This document shows, piece after piece, positions 39,454 to 49,791 of a stretch of 64,000 bases of DNA (positions within the stretch are counted from its first letter, which is position 1; each line of letters opens with the position of its first letter). The notes beneath the pieces were generated by a model. It was given only the letters and a program-made list of their open reading frames with translations. It made no database searches and had not been told where the DNA came from. Source of the stretch: Candidatus Poribacteria bacterium (GTDB taxonomy: Bacteria > Poribacteria > WGA-4E > PCPOR2b); assembly GCA_965116925.1 (NCBI GenBank), contig OZ220744.1:64001-128000 (forward strand). Reading direction: 5' to 3'. Made by a program: the position numbers and the translations under genes.

Positions 39454-40185
39454 TCAGAGCGGTTTGCCCCGAAGTGCCTCGCGGCACTGGGTCACGCCGT
39501 TACCTGTAACATTATAGGCGAAGGTATTCATTCGTCGAGGGTACGTTGATGTGTTGGCAGCGGAGCCATGAATAATTAGTGCGTTAAAAAAAACACCAGC
39601 CCCCGGCTCCATCTCTACTGGGACGGCATCATCTCGTTCATGGTAGTGTCCCGGCAGAAACAGGCGAAACTTCTCTTGTCCCCGTTCATGTTCCTGTAAC
39701 CCCCATTTATGGCTGCCAGGGACAAATTGGATACACCCGTTCTCCTGTGTTGTTGCGTCAATTGCGAGTTGGCAGTTTACCATCAGTGGACGGTTATCGT
39801 CCAGATCCCAGTAAGCATAATCCTGATGCCAAGGAATTGACGTGCCATCTTTGGCATCTTTGGGGAGTAGTTTGCTGTGAAACAGTGAGATGTCGGGACC
39901 AATCAGTTGCTCGATAATATCCAGCATTGCGTCCGAACGCAAGATTTTGTTCAGGGTTGGACTAACCAGTTCGCTCTGCATCAGCTGTTTAATCCGCGAC
40001 GACGTGTTTGGGTCATCAAATTGCTCCCACGCCACCTCGACGCCGTCAATTGATTGTTTTGCCATCCGACTGTGGATGTCATGGATTTCCGCTTGAACTT
40101 TTTCAAGCTCTTCGGATGAGACAAGCCCTTGCTTTAGCACATAACCGTTCTCGTCGTAAAATTGCTTTTCGTCAGATGTAAGCAT
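39454..40185 (-). CDS. PhyH family dioxygenase
   Basis: FYDENGYV, WHQDYAYW, NGCIQFVPGSH, IIHGS..N. Confidence 0.88.
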   Translation of the reverse strand: MLTSDEKQFYDENGYVLKQGLVSSEELEKVQAEIHDIHSRMAKQSIDGVEVAWEQFDDPNTSSRIKQLMQSELVSPTLNKILRSDAMLDIIEQLIGPDISLFHSKLLPKDAKDGTSIPWHQDYAYWDLDDNRPLMVNCQLAIDATTQENGCIQFVPGSHKWGLQEHERGQEKFRLFLPGHYHERDDAVPVEMEPGAGVFFNALIIHGSAANTSTYPRRMNTFAYNVTGNGVTQCREALRGKPL

Positions 40186-40289
40186 AAGCGTTATTTCTCC
40201 TTGACCTGAAGTCTCGGCAAGATAGGTATTCTAATATCCCGATTAATCGGGGCGGGGTTTCACTCGACTGTACCAATGAACTTTTGATA

Positions 40290-41495
40290 TTATGTCCGGT
40301 AGTCCGCATTGATGCTAATATAATCGTGGGAATAGTCGCACGTCCACATGGTGACAGATGCCTCGCCGGCATTCAGATCGACAGTAATCGTCACAGTATC
40401 CTTGGAAAACAGTTCCGTTGCTTTATCCTCATCAAACCCTGCGTCCATTCCATCCTTAACCAGTTGATAGTCACCGAGCCAAACATCCACCTGATACGGG
40501 TCAAATTCCGCGCCCGATTTTCCTGCCGCCATCATGATACGTCCCCAATTTGCGTCTGAGCCGAAAACAGCGGTCTTCACGAGAGGCGATTCCGCGATTG
40601 CACGGGCTGCCATCTCTCCTTCCGTTTCGTTCTTCGCGCCGTTTACAACCACCTCGACCAACTTCGTTGCACCCTCTCCGTCTCGCGCGATCTTCTTCGC
40701 TAACTCAATGCAAGCAGAGTCGAGTGCTTCACAGAATGCCTCGTAGTCATCATCAGTTGTTGCCGTAATTTCTGGGTTTCCTGCACTGCCCGTTGCCAAG
40801 ATTAGCACCGTGTCGTTTGTGCTGCTATCCGTATCAATCGTCATACGATTGAAAGACTTCGCGGCGGAGTCGCGTAACGCCTGCTGTAGCGGCTCACCGG
40901 TGATATTCACATCTGTTGCCAGAAAAGCGAGCATCGTAGCCATATTCGGAGCAATCATTCCTGCCCCTTTTGTCATGCCACCAATCCGAACGGTTTTTCC
41001 CCCAACTTCAAACTCCACGGCAATTTCTTTGGGGACGGTATCTGTTGTCATGATTGCAAGGGCAGCGTCATGTCCTCCATCTGGGTCCAACGCCGGCGCA
41101 GCAAGACGGATGCCGTTAGTAATTAAATCCATCGGTAACTGCTGCCCAATGACTCCCGTCGAAGCCACTAATACGAGACCTGGATCGATGCCGAGTGCTT
41201 CCCCCACTAATGAAGCCATCTGTCGCGCGTTCTTCATGCCGACCTCGCCCGTACATGCGTTAGCATTCTTGCTGTTGATGACAATCGCTTGACCCGCGTT
41301 GTCACTGAGATTTTCACGGCACACCAAAACAACCGGGGCACACACACGATTTTTTGTGAAAACACCCGCCGCAACCGCCGGTGCATCCGCTGCTATCAAA
41401 GCGACATCCTTTTCATTATCCGGCTTCAATCCAGCGTGGACGCCGGTCGCCTTCAACCCCGGTACTGCGGTTATTCCGCCATCAATCTGTTTCAT
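40290..41495 (-). CDS. argJ: Ornithine acetyltransferase / N-acetylglutamate synthase
   Basis: NANACTG, STGVIG, IMTTDT, KGAGMIAPNMATML, DGEGATK, NWGR, INADYRT. Confidence 0.95.
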   Translation of the reverse strand: MKQIDGGITAVPGLKATGVHAGLKPDNEKDVALIAADAPAVAAGVFTKNRVCAPVVLVCRENLSDNAGQAIVINSKNANACTGEVGMKNARQMASLVGEALGIDPGLVLVASTGVIGQQLPMDLITNGIRLAAPALDPDGGHDAALAIMTTDTVPKEIAVEFEVGGKTVRIGGMTKGAGMIAPNMATMLAFLATDVNITGEPLQQALRDSAAKSFNRMTIDTDSSTNDTVLILATGSAGNPEITATTDDDYEAFCEALDSACIELAKKIARDGEGATKLVEVVVNGAKNETEGEMAARAIAESPLVKTAVFGSDANWGRIMMAAGKSGAEFDPYQVDVWLGDYQLVKDGMDAGFDEDKATELFSKDTVTITVDLNAGEASVTMWTCDYSHDYISINADYRT

Positions 41496-41564
41496 CACCG
41501 TTCTCCATTGGATAAATATTTGATTTCCTTCTCTGCTCCTATCACATTCCGAATTTGTCCGTCA

Positions 41565-41593
41565 ATTATAGCGATTCACGCGGGAATTGTCAA
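41565..41593 (-). promoter_or_regulatory. sigma70 promoter for argJ
   Basis: Minus strand TTGACA-N17-TATAAT. Confidence 0.7.
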
Positions 41594-41707
41594 TCGCCAA
41601 TCTGTAGGAGGGATCTCCGAATCCCAACACGTCGCTCAAAAATGAGACAACTGATGGGAAATTCTATTTTCAATTGTTCACGAATGACTTTGATGGTATA
41701 ATGCACG

Positions 41708-41820
41708 GGACTTACGCACTCCAGATTGTAGTTGCCCGATTTATCGGGCGTCGGCAACGATGTCCAGAGGCGATGAATCGCCGAACTACAAGGCTTTGAC
41801 CGTTCAACTGCGTAAATTCT
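41708..41820. repeat. REP doublet (GTAG-type) inside GGACTTACGCA/TGCGTAA inverted ends
   Basis: TGTAGTTGCCCGATTTATCGGGC ... GGCGATGAATCGCCGAACTACA. Confidence 0.65.
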
Positions 41821-41862
41821 AATGCAATTAGGATATGCAAACCACTAATCGAGTCCATCTAA

Positions 41863-42510
41863 ATGAGCAAATCAGAAATGAACCTATTCAAAAAATACAA
41901 ACCAGATAAAGGATATACCCGACTTATTGAGAGCGGTGAAATGGGAATAACAGGACTTGATTTTGGTATCCTCAATCTCGGTGTTGGTGAATCTTTCTTT
42001 GAAGACACCGGGGGTAACGAGGTAATGCTGGTAGTACTCGGAGGTCAATGCGAATTGCTTGTTGGGCATAACGGGAATAAAGCCCACGGACTCATTGGGG
42101 ACCGTGCAGATGTCTTTGAAGGCGAGGCATATCGCGCATCCATTCCTTATCGAACAACATACGAAATTCTTGCACACGAGGAGCCTGTCGAAGTCGCGGT
42201 TTGTAAAACGCCCTCCTTTCTTGAAACAGCAGCTGTCATCCTTGAACCGGGCGACGATTTCAATCGTGGCGAGCATGGTCTGATTATCAGTGAAACACCT
42301 GCCAACTCAATCTCTGGCGAAGCGATCTGCTTCTACCGTTTCACACCCGCGGACGGGCACGCCTCTCAACGCATCTACAGCGAAAGAGATACGTTTGAAC
42401 AATCCGTGAGCGTCCGTCACAATAACGTCCTCGCATTGTCCAAAGGCTATCACGCCGAATTTGCGGAGGTGGAAGCTCGGTTGTATTGCCTTCAGATTTC
42501 TGGTTCGTGA
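41863..42510 (+). CDS. IolB-like (5-deoxy-glucuronate isomerase family), shortened
   Basis: NEV.LVVLGG.C, G.R.DVF.G, FYRF.P..G...QRIY, KGYH; central SSYPPHKHD segment absent. Confidence 0.65.
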   Translation: MSKSEMNLFKKYKPDKGYTRLIESGEMGITGLDFGILNLGVGESFFEDTGGNEVMLVVLGGQCELLVGHNGNKAHGLIGDRADVFEGEAYRASIPYRTTYEILAHEEPVEVAVCKTPSFLETAAVILEPGDDFNRGEHGLIISETPANSISGEAICFYRFTPADGHASQRIYSERDTFEQSVSVRHNNVLALSKGYHAEFAEVEARLYCLQISGS

Positions 42511-42534
42511 TCTATAAAAGGGAGATGAAAAATC

Positions 42535-43302
42535 ATGGAGATTACCACGGCACAGACGGATCATTTTCACACGCACGGATTCTTCTTTGTACCTAACCCT
42601 TTTGGCGAGGGACGAATGTGCACAATTGATCGGATCGCTGTGGAAAGCGAGGAAAAATGGGCGAGCACAGATTGGCCCAATGGACTCAACAAACTTGCCT
42701 GCCAATTTCTTACGGTGGGGGAGCCAATCCTTCAGATAGTGGAGCAACCACAACTCATTGAGACTGCTAAACGATTGTTAGACTGCGAGCAGGTGCATGT
42801 AGGTGCATGTGGCTTGGGAGATGCGTTGAGGGCTATCTCCGAGAGTCAGGGTCTACACCGGCAGGTTTATTGGCACGCCGATGGCGGTCCCGATGTCAAA
42901 CAGGTGTCCTTCCGAACGGGACTCGACCGGCACGATCCGACGAATGCGCCACTGCGCATCTTGCCTGGCAGCCATCTGAGAGCGAGGGAAGAGATCTGGG
43001 AAGAACTGTTACAGTTGGAAATTGCTACGGGACAGCATGATTTTTCACCGAAGGAACTTCATGCGAAGCACCCCGCCGAGGTTGAGGTGCTCCTCGATCC
43101 GCGCTGGACGTTGGTCTGGACACCGAGCTGCTGGCACGCTACAGGTGTCAAGACGGCTGCCGGTCCCCGCCGGGCGATGGGTTGGAACTACTTTCCCGCC
43201 GGCGGCAGAAAGCGTGATGTAGAGGCGTTGAAATACATTTTTCCCAAAGAATGGGAAGATTGGAGCGATGAACGAAAGCAGCTCTGGGGACTGCTAGACT
43301 GA
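42535..43302 (+). CDS. PhyH family dioxygenase
   Basis: HFHTHGF, WHAD, LRILPGSH, WHAT. Confidence 0.75.
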   Translation: MEITTAQTDHFHTHGFFFVPNPFGEGRMCTIDRIAVESEEKWASTDWPNGLNKLACQFLTVGEPILQIVEQPQLIETAKRLLDCEQVHVGACGLGDALRAISESQGLHRQVYWHADGGPDVKQVSFRTGLDRHDPTNAPLRILPGSHLRAREEIWEELLQLEIATGQHDFSPKELHAKHPAEVEVLLDPRWTLVWTPSCWHATGVKTAAGPRRAMGWNYFPAGGRKRDVEALKYIFPKEWEDWSDERKQLWGLLD

Positions 43303-43497
43303 AACTCGTTAACACAAGACTAACACGGACTTAAGAATTTTCTGGTGAGAGAAAAGTGCTGAAAACCAATTGTCACTATGATTTGTTGAAGAGATAACAC
43401 TCAGGAGAGGTCTCGGACTGCTGGGGCTCTGTTATTAGCCTATCACCCCAGAACTTCAATGCCCATTATTTTCTGCCACTGTGTCTCGGTGGTTCAA

Positions 43498-44688
43498 TTA
43501 GGACAGATGTCTAGCTTGTGGCATAGGCGATGGTAAATCATGGAACAAATGTTTTAAAATAGCGTCAACGACCATCTCATGGGCTCGGACAACAATCAGA
43601 TCTATATATTGGCTATGTGCAAACATCTCTTGTGCGTGATGTTTCAGAGATGCCATTGTTGGTAGATCGGAACGACAAATCTCCGCGAGAAAAGCGCGAG
43701 CAGAGGGCCGGGATTGGCGGACTCGTTGGCGTAGCTCTTCAAATCTGGGTGTGTGTGCCCACGCTTGGCGAATTTGCTCACCGATAGCTTCAATCGGGAA
43801 ACTCGCTGCCAACCGTTGGGCGACTCGTTCGATGACGTTTCTTGGTATACCACGTATCCCTTGAACTACGGTGGCAGGTGGAGCGTGAAGGTCCCAAACA
43901 ATTCTAAAAAACGATAGGAATTTCAAAACGTAATATGTCAAATCGATCTGCCACCAATGGAACCCTTGGCGGGTTGAACTTTGAAAATAGTGGTGGTTGT
44001 TGTGCCATCCTTCACCAAAGGTGATGAGTGCCAGAAACCAGTTGTTGCGCGAGTCATCCCCGGTGACGTAAGACTGTTTGCCGATAAGGTGAGCCAGCGA
44101 GTTAATCGCAAATGTGCAGTGAAAGAGGAGCATCGTACTGATGAAGAAACCGACCACCAGTCCAGACCAACCGGAAACCAACCACACCCCGACTCCCAAC
44201 AGTGCTGGTGGTACGTGTTTGTACTTGTTGAGCCAAACGAGCTCAGGAAATTTCATAAAATCTTTTATCAAGCCATAATCCGCTTGGCACTTGGTTGCCG
44301 AAAAAATCCAACCGAAGTGGGCAAACCAGAAACCGTTTTGAAGTGGCGAGTGTACATCTTGTGGAGTATCGGAGTATTTATGATGTTTGCGATGATGGGC
44401 CGCCCACCAAAGCGCGCCTTGTTGTGCTGACGACTGTGCAACGAACGCGAGTAAGAATTGGAATACACGGCTGGTTTTGAAAGAGCGATGTGAAAAATAT
44501 CGATGATAGCCACCTGTAATGGCAAACATGCGGATGGCGTACAATGCGCCACAAAGCATCAGGTCTGAAGCCTGAAAACCGGTCCAGATGACCGCAAGAC
44601 AGGCAAGATGAACGAGTGCGAAGGGGATGACTGCGGGGTAAATAATGTCAGTCTCATCGGCATGACGCGCAGTCTTAGGGAAAGACAC
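43498..44688 (-). CDS. Acyl-CoA (delta-9-like) fatty acid desaturase
   Basis: His boxes HRYFSH, HHRKHH, GEGWHNNHH. Confidence 0.92.
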   Translation of the reverse strand: MSFPKTARHADETDIIYPAVIPFALVHLACLAVIWTGFQASDLMLCGALYAIRMFAITGGYHRYFSHRSFKTSRVFQFLLAFVAQSSAQQGALWWAAHHRKHHKYSDTPQDVHSPLQNGFWFAHFGWIFSATKCQADYGLIKDFMKFPELVWLNKYKHVPPALLGVGVWLVSGWSGLVVGFFISTMLLFHCTFAINSLAHLIGKQSYVTGDDSRNNWFLALITFGEGWHNNHHYFQSSTRQGFHWWQIDLTYYVLKFLSFFRIVWDLHAPPATVVQGIRGIPRNVIERVAQRLAASFPIEAIGEQIRQAWAHTPRFEELRQRVRQSRPSARAFLAEICRSDLPTMASLKHHAQEMFAHSQYIDLIVVRAHEMVVDAILKHLFHDLPSPMPQARHLS

Positions 44689-44851
44689 TTGTAGTTATAT
44701 TCCTTTCTTGGTTTGTTGTGAGTGGATACGCTGCTGCCATTCTGGACTATTAAGGAGGGCAGCGGGTAACATCGCCTGAGTGTGTCCAAGTAACGTGTGC
44801 ATCTTAAGCGATCTCTTGATTAGCGAGAACAAATCCCGCATAGAATTTTTA

Positions 44852-46099
44852 TCAAGGCGAGCGGCGACGGGGGTTATTCCTACCTTTATTGGGACGAATG
44901 CGGTTCCGCTTGTGGCGTGATAGTGTCTTTCGTAGCGGCTTTGAATGGTTCTTTTGGAATTGGTTTTCAGATACAGAATTACCGTAATCAAAATCAGGTA
45001 GCCGCCGCCGCTCGATTCGTGTCCCCAGCAGTTTTTCAATGTCGCGTATCATCTGCTCATCCGCTCGTCCGGTAAGCGTGAATGCTTCACCAGACCGGTG
45101 AGCGCGACCCGTGCGACCAATCCGGTGAGTGTAGGCATCGACGGTATCGGGGATATCGAAATTGATCACGTGCGATATTTCCGACACGTCTATACCGCGC
45201 GCAGCAACGTCCGTGGCGACAAGAATGTCGTATTTACCATCGCGAAAACCATTGATTGCTTTCTGCCGCTGACTCTGCGACATGTTACCTTGCAGTGCTG
45301 CTGCGCGATAACCACCCTTTTCCATGTCGCGCGCCAGGTTACGAGCGCGATACTTGGTGCGGGTAAAGATCAAGACCCGGCCGGTGGGTGTCTGTTGCAA
45401 CATTGCTAGCAGCAGATCTTTCTTGAGGATATCGGGCACCGGATAGAGCGCGTGTGAAACGGTCTCCACCGGAGCAGTCTTTCCGATTTGGACTACGACC
45501 GGATCTTTGAGGATATTATCTGCTAGTTCGCGGCTATCTTCCGGCATTGTCGCTGAGAAGAAAAGCGTCTGGCGTTGAGCCGGCAGTAGCTTGAGGATGC
45601 GGCGAATATCGGGGAGAAAGCCCATATCGCACATGCGATCAGCTTCGTCCAACACCAGCACCTCAACGCACGATAGGTCGATATCGCCATCGTAAACGAG
45701 GTCAAGCAGGCGACCGGGACAAGCAATAACAATCTCTGCGCCACTCCGCAGCCGTGAGACTTGAGAAACTTTGCTCACACCGCCGTAGATGGATACGCTG
45801 CTCACATCGGTATCTTTGCCAAGATCAAGACCCATCTGGTGAATCTGTTCAGCGAGTTCGCGTGTAGGCGCAATAATGAGGGCACGCACACGACGGAACG
45901 GGCCTTTGCTTAACCGTTGTAAAATAGGCAGCATGAAAGCTGCGGTTTTACCCGTGCCGGTATGGGCTAAACCCATCACATCATGCCCTTCGAGCACCAT
46001 GGGGATAGTTTGCTGCTGAATCGGGGTAGGCGTAGTGTAATTGGCTGCTTTAATTCGGGCGACAATGCGCCGGTCAAAAGAAAATTGTTCAAAATTCAC
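44852..46099 (-). CDS. DEAD-box RNA helicase (RhlE-like)
   Basis: PTPIQ, TGTGKT, PTRELA, DEAD, SAT, ARGID, HRIGRTGR; GTG start after AGGAG. Confidence 0.92.
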   Translation of the reverse strand: MNFEQFSFDRRIVARIKAANYTTPTPIQQQTIPMVLEGHDVMGLAHTGTGKTAAFMLPILQRLSKGPFRRVRALIIAPTRELAEQIHQMGLDLGKDTDVSSVSIYGGVSKVSQVSRLRSGAEIVIACPGRLLDLVYDGDIDLSCVEVLVLDEADRMCDMGFLPDIRRILKLLPAQRQTLFFSATMPEDSRELADNILKDPVVVQIGKTAPVETVSHALYPVPDILKKDLLLAMLQQTPTGRVLIFTRTKYRARNLARDMEKGGYRAAALQGNMSQSQRQKAINGFRDGKYDILVATDVAARGIDVSEISHVINFDIPDTVDAYTHRIGRTGRAHRSGEAFTLTGRADEQMIRDIEKLLGTRIERRRLPDFDYGNSVSENQFQKNHSKPLRKTLSRHKRNRIRPNKGRNNPRRRSP

Positions 46100-46475
46100 T
46101 GGAAGTACTCCTTGAGCCTGTTGAGCCAAGTTGTACTCTCAGCTCGATGATGTTTTGCTAATTGCTTTGCTAATTATGCAGCCAATTAATTGTTCGCACA
46201 AACAGGACCTTTTGGCTGACGTTGAACTAACGTTATCACGATTTATCGGTCATTTTTGACAGCGATTAGGACTTCAGAAGTGCCAATCTTTACTAATACT
46301 TTAACCACGTTGCGCAGAGAATTACAAGCGATACATCCGTTTCGCTGCACGGATTTTTATACTTTTCTTTGAATCGTCCGTCAAGGCAACTTAAAGCAAT
46401 TCTTGAGAGATTGTGAATGAGGCGTTTGGCGGAGTTTGCGTAGGACTTCCTCTGATTAATCTCCGTATTCTGGAT

Positions 46476-47006
46476 TTACTCTGAATCATCTTGAACTGGA
46501 TTGGCAGGGGGATCTTCGGTGATCCCAGAGATTTTCCTGCTGACAAGCGTTGGCGCGGCATCAAGGTTTTTCACCTCCATCATCGAAGCGATTCTTTGAA
46601 GGGTGGAAAGTAATGATGTTTGTTCCCAATTCTCAAGTTTCTCAAATTCTTCCACGAAACGGTTGTGGAGTAGCGATGGGGCATTGGCAAGTGCCCTTTT
46701 GCCCAAATCGGTGAGTTTTACGAAAACACTGCGCTTATCCTCATCGGCGCGTCTTCGTTCTATCAAGCCACGCCTTGAAAGCCGGTTGAGTATTCCCGTG
46801 ACCGTTGCATTGCTAAGGTTGACGTTTTCCGCCAGTTGACCTGCTGTTATCTTCCCTGACCGTGAAATTTCACCTAGGACGATAAGTTGAGGTGTTGTCA
46901 ACCCGTGGTAGCGTACGAGATAACTCGAATAGAGATCGATTGCCCGCATGATACATCTGAGTGCCATAAGCACTTCATCCCGTATATCTTTTTGATCTAG
47001 AGCCAT
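46476..47006 (-). CDS. MarR family regulator, EctR-like
   Basis: LMALRCIMRAIDLYS...GLTTPQL...LSNATVTGIL.RL...DKR; WEQ..LL..LQRIA.MM tail. Confidence 0.85.
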   Translation of the reverse strand: MALDQKDIRDEVLMALRCIMRAIDLYSSYLVRYHGLTTPQLIVLGEISRSGKITAGQLAENVNLSNATVTGILNRLSRRGLIERRRADEDKRSVFVKLTDLGKRALANAPSLLHNRFVEEFEKLENWEQTSLLSTLQRIASMMEVKNLDAAPTLVSRKISGITEDPPANPVQDDSE

Positions 47007-47063
47007 TGTAAGTCCTTCCTATAAAGAAAGAATATGCAACGAAATTATACGGAGTAAAAGTCT

Positions 47064-47081
47064 TGTTTAGTATGCTAAATA
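47064..47081. promoter_or_regulatory. Putative operator palindrome upstream of the MarR gene
   Basis: TGTTTAGT-AT-GCTAAATA imperfect palindrome; related sites at 47383..47400 and 46187..46204. Confidence 0.5.
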
Positions 47082-47554
47082 ATAACATGTGAAAACTTGT
47101 AAGTCAAGACGAAACACTGATACTACGAAACATCAGTTCAATATAGGGAACGAGGAGACAGGGAGCGGGAGAGAATTACGAATCGCAAATTGAGAAATCC
47201 AGCCCTATCTTCTCGTTGGAACTTCCCTTATTGGAACTGGTCTTATGCCCGTCCTTCCTGCCCTGTATCTTTGCGGTTAATTGAAGGAAATTGGCATACT
47301 TGCGCCGAATTCATGTTACAAACTCGAATTGTTGAGACAATATTACAGCGGGAGATATTGAAGGGCGTTTAAGTAAATAAAAAAATTAGTGTGCAAAATA
47401 CTTATTTTTCATGGAAGTTGCTTCAGCGACTCAGGCGAGTTTTAGGTATGTGATTTTGGCTAGATCCTGAGGTGCCTGCAATAGAATTTAAGCACTCGAT
47501 AAAGATTGCTTCACAATTGAACGTCGACGTGGAGTGTCGGATGGTAGAATTGAC

Positions 47555-47764
47555 TATAGTGAATTCAAAAAATAAATAGACACTTTCGCCTCCCGGTAGG
47601 TGCGGTTTTATGAAGTTTAAGAATTTCAATCGGTAATCCCGATTTTCCTCCAAACATATGGTAGGTGCTGTTACAAACAGCGCCTACCCAACGGTAGACC
47701 GGTATTTTCGTTTTCGTAGCCCGCCCCGATTTGGAGTGCCTCATTAATTCTACAATCTACTATA
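47555..47764. repeat. MITE with TATAGT/ACTATA terminal inverted repeats (long copy with internal REP-like hairpin)
   Basis: Ends match 32991..33076; internal GGTAGGTGCTGTT..AACAGCGCCTACC hairpin. Confidence 0.8.
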
Positions 47765-48049
47765 GCAACAAACCCAATGCTTTAGCCTTAGGTCCAACAC
47801 GGTAATTTTGTATGCTTCTGTCTATAAACTATGGTATAATTGAGACGTCTTTCGGTGGGGGAATATTCCCCCTATCGCCCGATAGGGTCTCCCACCTCTC
47901 AGTGATATGGAAAAGGATAAACACAAAGACACTCCTATGTCAAAAACACACAAGATAGCCCTGAATCCCAATAACGTTCAAGCACTGAACAACAGCTATT
48001 GGTCAGGCTATCATAAGAATCCCAAGCATCTATGCTTGAGAGCAGTCAA
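47765..48049 (+). mobile_element. Mini IS200/IS605 derivative: LE, promoter, first ~16 codons of tnpB, RE
   Basis: LE CCCAATGCTTTAGC shared with the 25676 element; TATGGTATAAT; ATG 47937 MSKTHKIALNPNNVQA; RE GAAT-CCCAAGCAT/ATGCTTGAG-AGCAG-TCAA. Confidence 0.75.
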
Positions 48050-48077
48050 ATAACTCAAGTGAGGAAAAAGAAATGCT

Positions 48078-49274
48078 ATGAATACTAATCCTGTTGTCAT
48101 TGGCATGATCGGTGCGGGCTTTTCCGCGACGTTCCACGTTCACAACTATCGGCTTGTTCCCGGCTTGGACGTTCAGATCAAGGGGGTCACTGCGAGGAGC
48201 CAAGAGAGTGCGACCGCCTTTGCCCAAGAACACAATATAGAAACAGTTTATCCCACAGCGGAAGCTCTCTTTGCGGACGAGGAAATAACTGTCGTCGATC
48301 TCTGTGTCCCCAACTACCTACACTATCCGCTAACGATTCAGGCAGCCGAAGCCGGCAAACACATTATCTGTGAAAAACCACTGACAGGCTATTTTGGCGA
48401 TGGCGGGGAAACGCTTGTGGGACGAGAGACATCCCGGCGTAAGATGTTTGAAGCCGCGCTACAGGCGGCCGACGAAATGGTGGACGCTGTTAAGAGCAAC
48501 GGTGTGACGTTCTGCTACGGGGAGAATTGGGTGCACGCGCCAAGCATACAGAAGGCAAACGACATTCTTGCACAGAGCGACAACACCATCCTCCGCATCA
48601 TTGCCGAAGAGTCGCACAGCGGATCGCATTCCGATTACGCAAAGGAATGGCGATACTCCGGGGGTGGTGCGCTTTACAACAAGGGCTGTCATCCCGTTGG
48701 TGGGACGCTCTACCTGAAATACAACGAAGGGCAGCGGAAATACGGGAAACCCATCAAACCAAAAAGCGTTGTCGCAGAGGTCGCAAACCTGACGCATATT
48801 GAAAGTTTTGTTAATGAGGACGAAAAGTGGATCAAGGAAGGGTGGAAGGACTGCGAGGATTGGGGATCGATGATCATTACATTTGACGACGACACCGTCG
48901 CGCAGATTACCGCATCAGATATTGTGCTTGGCGGTATTCAGAACGTCCTGACAGTCTATTCAAGCAAAGCTGTGGTGCAGTGCAACATCAACCCAAACAC
49001 AGGGATGCTGACATACACACCGAGCGATCACGTTTTGGGTGATACCTATATTCGGGAGAAGGTGGAGACCCGTGCAGGTTGGCAACTGACCAACCCCGAC
49101 GAGGATTGGATGAACGGTTTCCCGCATGAACTTACAGACTTCTGCCAAGCAATTGCTTACGGACGACCGCCCAAAAGCACGGTAGAGCTGGGGCGGGACA
49201 TCCTCGCAGTGTGCTATGGGGCTTATATTGCGGCGGAAACCGGTGAGCGTGTCGATCTCTCTGAATGGATGTAA
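48078..49274 (+). CDS. Gfo/Idh/MocA family oxidoreductase
   Basis: IGAGFSA, GKHIICEKPL, SGGGAL...GCHP, EDW. Confidence 0.9.
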   Translation: MNTNPVVIGMIGAGFSATFHVHNYRLVPGLDVQIKGVTARSQESATAFAQEHNIETVYPTAEALFADEEITVVDLCVPNYLHYPLTIQAAEAGKHIICEKPLTGYFGDGGETLVGRETSRRKMFEAALQAADEMVDAVKSNGVTFCYGENWVHAPSIQKANDILAQSDNTILRIIAEESHSGSHSDYAKEWRYSGGGALYNKGCHPVGGTLYLKYNEGQRKYGKPIKPKSVVAEVANLTHIESFVNEDEKWIKEGWKDCEDWGSMIITFDDDTVAQITASDIVLGGIQNVLTVYSSKAVVQCNINPNTGMLTYTPSDHVLGDTYIREKVETRAGWQLTNPDEDWMNGFPHELTDFCQAIAYGRPPKSTVELGRDILAVCYGAYIAAETGERVDLSEWM

Positions 49275-49364
49275 AAGGTTCGTTGGGACTGAAGAGAGGT
49301 CCGACGATTTTTCTTTAACCTAACTTAATAAGAACCACTCGGTAACTTTACAAGGAGCCATCCC

Positions 49365-49766
49365 ATGAAATACATTGTAAAAACCAACGAGATGCCATGG
49401 CAACCTAAGTTCTTTCCCGGCGAGGAGCAGCAGTACGGCGACTTCAAACCCCTATGGCAAGAACACGGCACAGAACAGTTTGAAGTCCGGCTGACGCGGA
49501 TTCCGGGCGGCGAGACAAATACGAAATACCACACCCATACAAAAGAGGAAGAGTGGTTCTACGTGTTAAGCGGTTCATGCCACATCCATATTGAAGGGGA
49601 GTGGTATCCCATCGAACAAGGTGATTCCGTTTTTAAGCCGACCGGTGCGTATCACATCTTTAGAAACTTCGGGACAGAACCTTGTGAACTGATCATGTTG
49701 GGGACCAATGTGGAGGGAAATGAGGTGCATCGCCTGCCGGAACCGGAACCACCGGAAACAAAATAG
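49365..49766 (+). CDS. Cupin domain protein
   Basis: YHTH..EEEWFYVLSG...GD.VF.P.G..H.FRN. Confidence 0.9.
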   Translation: MKYIVKTNEMPWQPKFFPGEEQQYGDFKPLWQEHGTEQFEVRLTRIPGGETNTKYHTHTKEEEWFYVLSGSCHIHIEGEWYPIEQGDSVFKPTGAYHIFRNFGTEPCELIMLGTNVEGNEVHRLPEPEPPETK

Positions 49767-49791
49767 ATTAGAAATAATTAAAATCTCACTC

